Assembly (NCBI GenBank): GCA_964641355.1
Contig: CAZXND010000002.1
Location: 1,005-65,004 of the forward strand
Direction: 5' to 3'
Source: an uncultured Gammaproteobacteria bacterium
GTDB lineage: Bacteria > Patescibacteriota > Microgenomatia > Levybacterales > GWA1-39-11
DNA: 64,000 nucleotides
The stretch's first letter is position 1; every line of letters begins with the position of its first letter. The notes under the pieces are model-generated. The model was not told where the DNA came from, did no database searches, and was given only the letters and a program-made list of their open reading frames with translations. This document shows, in pieces, positions 49,154 through 57,000 of the stretch. The translations under genes and the position numbers were made by a program.

Positions 49154-50267
49154 TCACTTCTACCTTCCACAATTTTAAATAACTTTTAACAAGTGATCCC
49201 CAAGTTTGCTTTTTTGCCCAATGATATCCCAAATCTGACTTCTCATCAAAACTATTAGGGTTATAACGTAGTAATTTATTTAAAAGTTCGCTCGGGGAAT
49301 TTGATACATCAATAAAACCATTAAAAGGTGAACTCAAGAGATAGTCTTTTCTTACAGGATCACTGTATAAAGAAAATATTCTTTTTTTACATATTAGAGC
49401 CTCTAGCATAGATAAATAAGACGAAGAAAAAACAAGATTTGAGTTATTGAGTAATTTTTTTAATCTTTCTCTTTGAGTAATAACATTACCCACAATTTTA
49501 GCTTTTTTCTTCATAGATCCGTCACCGAACAGATTGAATATAATTTTTACTCTCTTTTTACGAAGTTTTCTTATAACCTTGATGTAACTTGACAACGAAT
49601 TTATCTCTTCAAGTCTACCTATAAAAAGTATGTTTAGTGAACTCGTACTTTTCACGGTTTTTTTAACATTACTAGTTTTTAATTCTGACTCTTCAACTCC
49701 TCCATATGTCGTGAGATCTGATTTTACTCCATACCATTTTTCCAGATATCTTCCGACATTTATCGATCCGTCTGATAATAAATGAGACACTTTTCTCACA
49801 ATTTTTGACTTAAAAGATATAGGATATCCTTCATATCCATGAGAAGTTAAGTAAAACTTCTTAGAGAAGAGAATAATTCTAAGTGGCCAAACCCAAATAA
49901 ACACATCATGAACATGTATGACATCATAATTTTTTATTACGTTTATCATAACTAGCAACTTATACCATATAACAAACTTTTTGAAGAATCCGTCACTACC
50001 AAATTCAAGGTAAATTAGCTTTATGTTTTCGTTTTTTTTTCGCATAAAAAAGCTTGATTTGACGGCCTTTTTTTTTACTTTAGCTTCGCTAGCACTCAAT
50101 GAGCTTGTCTGATAAGCATCTTGGATTAATATTTCGTTTGTCCTTGAGCTTTCTGTAAGGATTGTTACTTCGTGTTGTCTTGCAAGTATTTTTGAAATTT
50201 CCAATACATGTCGTTCAACTCCACCCCTATTTAAGGTTATATTAGGTGTAATAAACAAAATCTTCAT
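49143..50267 (-). CDS. glycosyltransferase family 4 (group 1)
   Basis: 'MKILFITPNITLNRGGVERHVLEIS' GT4 N-terminal domain. Confidence 0.75.
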   Translation of the reverse strand: MKILFITPNITLNRGGVERHVLEISKILARQHEVTILTESSRTNEILIQDAYQTSSLSASEAKVKKKAVKSSFFMRKKNENIKLIYLEFGSDGFFKKFVIWYKLLVMINVIKNYDVIHVHDVFIWVWPLRIILFSKKFYLTSHGYEGYPISFKSKIVRKVSHLLSDGSINVGRYLEKWYGVKSDLTTYGGVEESELKTSNVKKTVKSTSSLNILFIGRLEEINSLSSYIKVIRKLRKKRVKIIFNLFGDGSMKKKAKIVGNVITQRERLKKLLNNSNLVFSSSYLSMLEALICKKRIFSLYSDPVRKDYLLSSPFNGFIDVSNSPSELLNKLLRYNPNSFDEKSDLGYHWAKKQTWGSLVKSYLKLWKVEVNES

Positions 50268-50333
50268 TTTTATTGCTATAGGCTTCTATTTTTCCGAAAT
50301 AAACTATACATAAATATAGCTTGTCATCTCTTG

Positions 50334-50407
50334 TGGACTTGGAGGGACTCGAACCCCCGACCTCTTCGATGTGAACGAAGCGCTCTAACCAACTGAGCTA
50401 CAAATCC
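50334..50407 (-). tRNA. tRNA-Val (anticodon CAC)
   Basis: Acceptor GGATTTG/CAAGTCC, D arm GCTC-AGTTGGTTA-GAGC, anticodon stem CTTCG/CGAAG with loop TTCACAT, T loop TTCGAGT, discriminator A. CCA is not encoded. Confidence 0.85.
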
Positions 50408-50591
50408 TAATACTATCAGTCAAAGACTATGTCTGATAAGTAGCAGTCAAAAAAAATTCTACTTTTCACGATTTTTTAACACTTATTAACACACTTATAA
50501 AGAGCACAAAAGTGCAACAATTCTATCAAATCCGAAGATTGTTTTCCATCTGATTGACAAAAACAAGAAAAACAGTCAAAATTATACCTAC

Positions 50592-51158
50592 ATGAGCCCC
50601 GTTAGAAAATTTTATTCGCTTCTTTTGGATCTTGTTGAAACACTTGTCATAGCTGGAGCGATATTTGTAGTTGTTTACGCTTTTCTTTTCAGACCATTTC
50701 AAGTTAGTGGTCAATCTATGTTTCCAACTTTTAAAAACGGTGAATATGTTTTAACAAATATAATTGCCCTCAAAATCGGAAAAATTAGCCGTGGAGATGT
50801 CATCGTATTTAAATCACCCATAGATAAAGAAAAAGACTATATTAAACGTGTTATTGGTTTGCCTGGGGATACCGTTTCTCTTAGTGAAGGAAAAGTTTTT
50901 CTAAACAATCAATCATTAGATGAATCCCCGTACCTTTCTCCAGGCTACAATACCGGAGGAGGAGCATTTTTGGATGAAGGAGGGGAAATAACTGTACCTA
51001 CAGATTCCTACTTCGTTATGGGGGATAATAGAGATTTTAGTTCTGATTCCCGAGAATGGGGAATCGTTACAAAAGACAAATTAATAGGAAAGTCACTTTT
51101 TGTATACTGGCCATTAACAGCATTTAGAATAGTTGGACATGTAAAATACAACGAATAG
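50592..51158 (+). CDS. lepB: signal peptidase I
   Basis: 'GQSMFPTF' Ser box, 'KRVIGLPGD' Lys box and 'YFVMGDNRDFSSDSR'. Confidence 0.85.
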   Translation: MSPVRKFYSLLLDLVETLVIAGAIFVVVYAFLFRPFQVSGQSMFPTFKNGEYVLTNIIALKIGKISRGDVIVFKSPIDKEKDYIKRVIGLPGDTVSLSEGKVFLNNQSLDESPYLSPGYNTGGGAFLDEGGEITVPTDSYFVMGDNRDFSSDSREWGIVTKDKLIGKSLFVYWPLTAFRIVGHVKYNE

Positions 51159-51167
51159 AATAGAAAA

Positions 51168-51986
51168 CTATGAGGTCATTAATTTATCGTAAAGTTCTTT
51201 AAGCTTTTTCGAGGTTATTTCTTCATCACCCTTAACTACTATCGTAAGTCTCCCGAGTGCTCTAGATTGGAAAAAGTCGGCTTTTTGATAGCCATATTTT
51301 TCGCGAAGTGCCTTTGACATATCTTCCTGCTCAGGGATATATATTTTATCCCCTCTTTTTTGGGGTTCTTTCTTCTGAACCTCAGATTTTACCTGTCTTG
51401 CTACCTCTTCAGCACCTCTAACGCTTATACCCTCAATTAGAATACGCTTGAAAGCCGCTAGCATGAGCTTGTGGTCGCCAATTGATACCAAAGGCCTAAC
51501 ATGTCCCTCTGTTATAACACCAGCCGCTAAAGCGTCTTTTATAGCGTCTGGAAGAGTTAATAGTCTTATACTATTGGAAATATATGGGAGGCTTTTTCCA
51601 ACTCTCTTAGCTACCTCGGTAACAGACATTCCAAACTCATCTATGAGCCTCTTATATGCCTGAGCCCTCTCAATAGGATTAAGGTCTTCTCTTTGTACAT
51701 TCTCAACAATTGACATTTCGAGCATTCCCTGGGGAGAAGTTTCCTTAACAACTACCGGCACTTTTTCGAGTCCTAGAACCTTTGATGCACGCCATCTTCT
51801 TTCACCTGCAATTATTTGAAATCCTGCTGGAGTTTTAGCTACAACTAGAGGCTCTAAAATACCTTGCTCACGAATTGAATTTACGAGATCACTTAGAGAT
51901 TCAGGAGAAATAAGTCCTCTTGGCTGAAGAGGATTGGGCTGGAGAAGGTTTAATTCGAGCTCAACAATCCTTTTATCGTCGTCCAT
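51168..51986 (-). CDS. parB: ParB/Spo0J chromosome partitioning protein
   Basis: 'LQPNPLQPRG', 'LVNSIREQGILEPLVV' and 'GERRWRASKVLG' ParB box motifs. Confidence 0.85.
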   Translation of the reverse strand: MDDDKRIVELELNLLQPNPLQPRGLISPESLSDLVNSIREQGILEPLVVAKTPAGFQIIAGERRWRASKVLGLEKVPVVVKETSPQGMLEMSIVENVQREDLNPIERAQAYKRLIDEFGMSVTEVAKRVGKSLPYISNSIRLLTLPDAIKDALAAGVITEGHVRPLVSIGDHKLMLAAFKRILIEGISVRGAEEVARQVKSEVQKKEPQKRGDKIYIPEQEDMSKALREKYGYQKADFFQSRALGRLTIVVKGDEEITSKKLKELYDKLMTS

Positions 51987-52008
51987 CTTATAAAACTATC
52001 AAAAAAAC

Positions 52009-52254
52009 TTAGTTAACTTCTACGTATTTTTTGCCTCGGAGTGTTTTAAATCCGACAATTCCTGCTTTTACAGCAAAAATAGTGAAATCACGGCCAATTT
52101 CCGTTCCTTTACCAGCAAAAAATTTATTCCCCTTTTGTCTTACAATGATATTTCCTGCAATAACCTTTGCACCACCGAAAACCTTAACACCAAGTCTTTT
52201 GGATATGGAGTCTCTATTTCCTTTTACTGCTCCCTGGGATTTTGTATGTGCCAT
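52009..52254 (-). CDS. rpmA: 50S ribosomal protein L27
   Basis: 'MAHTKSQGAVKGNRDSISKRLGVKVFGG...IIVRQ.G' is canonical L27. Confidence 0.9.
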   Translation of the reverse strand: MAHTKSQGAVKGNRDSISKRLGVKVFGGAKVIAGNIIVRQKGNKFFAGKGTEIGRDFTIFAVKAGIVGFKTLRGKKYVEVN

Positions 52255-52286
52255 TTAAATTACCTCAAAAACTTTTCACGAGTATT

Positions 52287-52679
52287 CTAAGACTTTTTTT
52301 GAGTCTTTGCAACCCTCGTTTTTTGTACTTCTTTCTCTTCTTTTTTAGCCTCTTTTTTGATTGTACCTGCTTCGATTGTCTCTATTTGAATTCTTGAGAT
52401 TGCTTGTCTGTGACCATGTCTTGTTCGATGGCGTGATTTAGCCATGTATCTTAAGACATTAATCTTTTCTCCTTTTGCTTGCTCAAGAAGTTTTGCTTTT
52501 ACTATAACATTATCAAGATAAGGCATACCGATTTCTGCTTTACCCTCGTTTACATATAAGAGTACCTTATCAAAAGATAGTTTATCATCAATAGCACCCT
52601 CCACTCTCTCTACTTCAAGAGTGCCTCCAGGTACTACCCGGTATTGCTTTCCGCCTGTTTCTATAATTGCATAATTCAT
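52287..52679 (-). CDS. rplU: 50S ribosomal protein L21 (with Lys-rich C-terminal extension)
   Basis: 'MNYAIIETGGKQYRV..G' is canonical L21. Upstream of rpmA, as is usual. Confidence 0.9.
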   Translation of the reverse strand: MNYAIIETGGKQYRVVPGGTLEVERVEGAIDDKLSFDKVLLYVNEGKAEIGMPYLDNVIVKAKLLEQAKGEKINVLRYMAKSRHRTRHGHRQAISRIQIETIEAGTIKKEAKKEEKEVQKTRVAKTQKKS

Positions 52680-52703
52680 GAAGTCATTATTTTAACAAAT
52701 AAT

Positions 52704-53801
52704 TCAGTCAATTGAAAGAGTATTCTTGTGAGAGAACTCAAATCCGATTGAAGAAAGAATTCCAAGAATAATAAAATTTGTTAGAAGAGAACTCCCTCCA
52801 TGCGAAACAAAAGGTAGTGTGATCCCCACAATAGGCAAAATTCCAATATTCATCCCGATATTAAATAAAACATGCGTAAGTAGAAGAAAATAAAAACCAA
52901 TTACAATTAAATATGAAAACTGATCGTCAATACTACGGGAAATCTTGTAAATCCTAGACATAATTAATAAAAAGAGAATAATTATTGAGGCTGCCCCAAG
53001 GAAACCGAAGTTTTCAGATATTGTGGCAAAAATAAAATCCGTATGACGCTCAGGTAAAAACTTAAGTATTGATTGAGTTGCAGACCCGAGCCCTTTACCC
53101 ATAAATCCTCCACTTCCAATAGAGATAAGTGACTGAATCGAGTTATAAGATGATCCAAAGGGGTCTTGGGAGGAGTTTAAAAAAGATAGAATTCGCTGCT
53201 TCTGATAATCATGAAGAAGATTAAATATAAAAGGTGCAGGAATCAAAATCGCAGTACCTAATCCTAAAAAGTAAGAAATCGGAAAACCATACATAAAAAG
53301 CATAAAAACAATAGAAGAAAGATAAATTATTGCATTACCCAAATCGGGCTGTCTTAAGGTAAGAAAAAATATAGGAAAAAGCAGTAGTAAAGCTATTATA
53401 AACTTAGAAAACGATCTCGAATCATCCTTTGATAAAAATGCAGCAAAGAAAATAATTGTAAATGGCTTCATTACTTCAGAAAATTGGATTCTAAGACCAC
53501 CTATTTCAAGCCATCTAACAGCCCCTTTAACCTCAATTCCGATCAAAAATAGCAGAATTAAAAGAATTACCATGGTGATATAAATTTGCCTAGAGTATAT
53601 TCCAAATATTCTATAGTTGATATTAAGAAATACGAGATAGGCAACAAGTGAAACTACTAAAAAGACGATTTGCTCTTGAAATAAGATAGGCGAAAGAGAA
53701 AAAAATGTTGCCATACTCAACCCCACAAGAAGTAATACTGGGATTAACAGGGAAAAGTCTATTCTATTAAATGAGAATCGATGACCAGCTCGCTCACGCA
53801 T
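52704..53801 (-). CDS. SEDS family peptidoglycan glycosyltransferase (FtsW/RodA)
   Basis: 10 TM segments. 'PERHTDFIFATISENFGFLGA' and 'LPFVSHGGSSLL' are SEDS signatures. Confidence 0.85.
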   Translation of the reverse strand: MRERAGHRFSFNRIDFSLLIPVLLLVGLSMATFFSLSPILFQEQIVFLVVSLVAYLVFLNINYRIFGIYSRQIYITMVILLILLFLIGIEVKGAVRWLEIGGLRIQFSEVMKPFTIIFFAAFLSKDDSRSFSKFIIALLLLFPIFFLTLRQPDLGNAIIYLSSIVFMLFMYGFPISYFLGLGTAILIPAPFIFNLLHDYQKQRILSFLNSSQDPFGSSYNSIQSLISIGSGGFMGKGLGSATQSILKFLPERHTDFIFATISENFGFLGAASIIILFLLIMSRIYKISRSIDDQFSYLIVIGFYFLLLTHVLFNIGMNIGILPIVGITLPFVSHGGSSLLTNFIILGILSSIGFEFSHKNTLSID

Positions 53802-56688
53802 TTTTACGAGTGACTTTAAACTCTCCCATAGATAAATTATCTATAAGAGCTCTTTTCTTCATTTCCTCTGTGAAAGATTCAGGCCAAGCAGGAAGAAATA
53901 CATCGATCCTCTCGTTTAAACCGGTTCCTAGTTTTTTCCTTTCATCTTGAATTTTTCTTATCAAATCTCGAAACTCTCCTTCGGCCTCTAGCTCTGGAGT
54001 CAAATGCGTATCCAAGTTGACCTTAAACCCTGATTCATCTGTAGCTTTTACTTCCGACTTTTCATACACTACCTCTTTAACATTTAATTCGTCAGCAATA
54101 ATCTTCTCAATCTCAGAATTTAATTTCTTAGAAGAAGTGTATGTTATCTTTTTCAACGGTTGCCTAACTTTCATACCAGCTTCTTTTCTCTTTGCGTGTG
54201 CAACTTCAACTATTTGTCTTGCAAAACTCATTTCTTCCTCAAGATTCTCATCAATCAGACTTTCATCCGCATCCGGCCAATCTGCAAGATGAACAGACTC
54301 CTCACTGGTCAAATTCCTATAAATTTCCTCAGACACAAAGGGAATGAAGGGTGCTAATGCCTTGGTATACTCAGTTAATACCTCCCACAAGGTTTGGAGC
54401 GCTTCACTTCTGCCCTTTTTATCGCTTGAATTAATTCTCTCCCTATTTCCTCGAACATACCAATTTGACAGATCGTCAATAAATATTTCAGCGTCTTTTA
54501 CAGCTTCATATGCCTTATACTGTTCAATTCCTTTTTCCGTTAAATTTTTTAAACTTTTATTCATTCTCGAAATAATCCATCTGTCGAAAGTGTTCGAGGA
54601 ATAAGAATCTCTCACTTCTTTTTTTGGACTCCATTCATATAGATTAGAGTACATTACTAAGAAGGAATACACGTTCCAGTATTTTAAGATAATCATCCTT
54701 CTTATCTCGTTTGTTACGTGAATTCCAAAATTAACGTTATGCTCAGGGTTTGTACGCAGATATAACCACCTCATAGCATCTACGCCTATTTTATCTGCTG
54801 ATTCATTAAACTCTAACGAATTACCCTTACTTTTATGCATCTCCTCTCCCTTTTCGTCTCTAACTGAACCAAAACCAAGAACTCTTTTAAAAGAGTTCGT
54901 CCTTTCAAGCACGGTGCTCATTGCTATAAGAGAGTAAAACCAATTTTTAAACTGACCAGGAAAGGATTCTGTAATAAAATCTGCAGGAAACCAATTAGAA
55001 GGCATCGTTGAGAATGGCACAATGCCAGCATCAAGCCACGGATTACCTACATCGGGAATTCTAGAAATCTTTTTTCCACATTTACTACATTTTATTTTTA
55101 TTTGGTCTATCCAGGGCCGATGAGGAGAGTTACCATCAAACTTTTCCCATCCTTCCACTGCTTTATCCTTTAACTCGTCTCTTCCTCCTATGACTTCAAA
55201 AGTTCCACAATCTTTACATTCCCATATTGGCAAAGCTAGACCCCAATATCTTTTTTTACTAATTAACCAATCGTGTAAGTTTTTTAACCAGTCCAACTCT
55301 CTATCTAACCCCCACTCAGGCATCCATTTTATTCTCTTCGCCACTTCAATCATTTGCTCTCTATAGGTAGCTCTGTTTAAATCTGGTGTATCCATCGCTA
55401 TATACCATTCATCTACAACTCTCCATACAAGTTCACTCTTACATCTCCAGCAAGTTGGATATCTATGTGCATATTTTTCTGTGGAATGAATAAACAGTCC
55501 ATTATCTTTTTCTTTAAGAAAGTTAATTATTAACTCTGGATGTTTCTTTGCACTTTTTCCCGTAAATTCATTCATCCCAGATATATAAGTAGCATCTTCT
55601 TCGATAAGACTGAGTATGGGAAGATCATTTTTTTTACCAAGCTTGAAGTCTTCTTCTCCTGCACCAGGAGCAACATGAAGAAGACCGGTACCTTCTGTTT
55701 CTGTGACCACATCTCCTCCATCAATCACACGATGAACGTAATCTCCAAATGTTTTCTTGACTGAAGGCAACGAATCAAATGGACCTTCATATTTATATCC
55801 AACTAGCGACGTCCCTAGGGTCTCCTTGCCTAATAATTGACGTGAGGATAAAATTCCCTTTTTAATTAGAGCTTGGGATCTTTTTTTCATAACCCAGACA
55901 TAATTACCTCTTGTATCCTCGTATTTACCATATGTTTCCTTTCCGTTAACAGCAACTGCGACATTAGCAGGAATAGTCCAAGGGGTAGTCGTCCAAACAA
56001 GTAAAAATTCGTTCGGCTTATTTGTAATGGGAAGTTTAAAATAAATAGTTTCATGAGTAATTTCTTTATATTCTTCAGTCAAAATTTCATGTTGAGAAAT
56101 TGCTGTTCCGCATCTCGGGCACCATGGAACTGCATCATGCCCTTTATAGAGCCATCCCTTTTCATTAACTTTCTTAATAAAATTCCAAATCGTATAGTTG
56201 TTCTTATCGGAAGAAGTATGGTAAGAGTTGTCCCAATCCATAAAATAACCTAGTCTTTTAGATTGTTCTGTTTGAATTTCTGAGAATTTTTTAACTCTTT
56301 CTTTACATAGATCTATGAACTTTTCTAGACTTTTAAACTTATCTCCTGACACTAAAGTCTCTATATCCTTTTTACTCCTAAGCCCCAACTCTTTTTCAAC
56401 TTCAACCTCAACCCATAATCCCTGCTCATCAAAGCCGTTTTGAAAACGCTGTTTTTTTCCCTTCATATTCCAAAATCTTTGCCAAAAGTCCTTATACGTT
56501 CTTCCCCAAGCATGGTGTACCCCCATGGGATTATTAGCTGTAATCGGGCCATCAAGAAAGGAGAAAGTCTCTTCGGAAGAGTCATTTTTATGAAGGTATT
56601 TATCAACAATTCCACCCTCATACCAATCTCTCAAGAGCTCGTTCTCAAGCCTAATGAAGTTTATTTGAGAGGATACAGGTTTAAACAT
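53794..56688 (-). CDS. ileS: isoleucine--tRNA ligase
   Basis: HIGH-type 'PMGVHHAWGRT', KMSKS 'MHKSKGN' and a zinc-binding 'CPRCGT'. 964 aa. Confidence 0.95.
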   Translation of the reverse strand: MFKPVSSQINFIRLENELLRDWYEGGIVDKYLHKNDSSEETFSFLDGPITANNPMGVHHAWGRTYKDFWQRFWNMKGKKQRFQNGFDEQGLWVEVEVEKELGLRSKKDIETLVSGDKFKSLEKFIDLCKERVKKFSEIQTEQSKRLGYFMDWDNSYHTSSDKNNYTIWNFIKKVNEKGWLYKGHDAVPWCPRCGTAISQHEILTEEYKEITHETIYFKLPITNKPNEFLLVWTTTPWTIPANVAVAVNGKETYGKYEDTRGNYVWVMKKRSQALIKKGILSSRQLLGKETLGTSLVGYKYEGPFDSLPSVKKTFGDYVHRVIDGGDVVTETEGTGLLHVAPGAGEEDFKLGKKNDLPILSLIEEDATYISGMNEFTGKSAKKHPELIINFLKEKDNGLFIHSTEKYAHRYPTCWRCKSELVWRVVDEWYIAMDTPDLNRATYREQMIEVAKRIKWMPEWGLDRELDWLKNLHDWLISKKRYWGLALPIWECKDCGTFEVIGGRDELKDKAVEGWEKFDGNSPHRPWIDQIKIKCSKCGKKISRIPDVGNPWLDAGIVPFSTMPSNWFPADFITESFPGQFKNWFYSLIAMSTVLERTNSFKRVLGFGSVRDEKGEEMHKSKGNSLEFNESADKIGVDAMRWLYLRTNPEHNVNFGIHVTNEIRRMIILKYWNVYSFLVMYSNLYEWSPKKEVRDSYSSNTFDRWIISRMNKSLKNLTEKGIEQYKAYEAVKDAEIFIDDLSNWYVRGNRERINSSDKKGRSEALQTLWEVLTEYTKALAPFIPFVSEEIYRNLTSEESVHLADWPDADESLIDENLEEEMSFARQIVEVAHAKRKEAGMKVRQPLKKITYTSSKKLNSEIEKIIADELNVKEVVYEKSEVKATDESGFKVNLDTHLTPELEAEGEFRDLIRKIQDERKKLGTGLNERIDVFLPAWPESFTEEMKKRALIDNLSMGEFKVTRKNA

Positions 56689-56771
56689 ACATAGAATTTT
56701 AACTCAAAAAAAATACGTATTCAACTAAGAACAAGGTGAAAGATAACGTGGGAGCAGGTAGCGAAGAAAGA

Positions 56772-56936
56772 TTATCTTCTATTTTTCCTCGCTACTTGTT
56801 TTAAATTTGCACTGTAACTAATTAAACCAGTTCCATTAGAACTGCTTCCTTCACTGGAAGAACTACACAAGGCATACTTAGTATTATAGCTCTTCTCGTC
56901 AGAAATTTTGCTAACTGTTATTTTAACTCTTTTCAT
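56772..56936 (-). CDS. small ORF (54 aa), candidate RiPP precursor peptide: MKRVKITVSKISDEKSYNTKYALCSSSSEGSSSNGTGLISYSANLKQVARKNRR
   Basis: Hand-translated; below the ORF-track length cut-off. Strong SD AGGAGGTG (plus 56941-56948) 4 nt before the ATG. A Cys/Ser/Gly/Thr-rich core follows a Lys-rich N-terminal segment. Lies immediately downstream of, and co-directional with, the YcaO and SagB-type genes. Confidence 0.4.
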   Translation of the reverse strand: MKRVKITVSKISDEKSYNTKYALCSSSSEGSSSNGTGLISYSANLKQVARKNRR

Positions 56937-56957
56937 ATTTCACCTCCTTTCAATGCA

Positions 56958-56986
56958 AGGTTACCAAACAAATAAATGTTTGTCAA
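56958..56986 (-). promoter_or_regulatory. putative promoter for the small ORF (TTGACA-N17-TAACCT on the minus strand)
   Basis: Minus-strand TTGACA (plus 56981-56986), a 17-nt spacer, then a weak -10 TAACCT (plus 56958-63). Overlaps a CAAACA/TGTTTG inverted repeat. Confidence 0.25.
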
Positions 56987-57000
56987 ACAATACAAAATTA

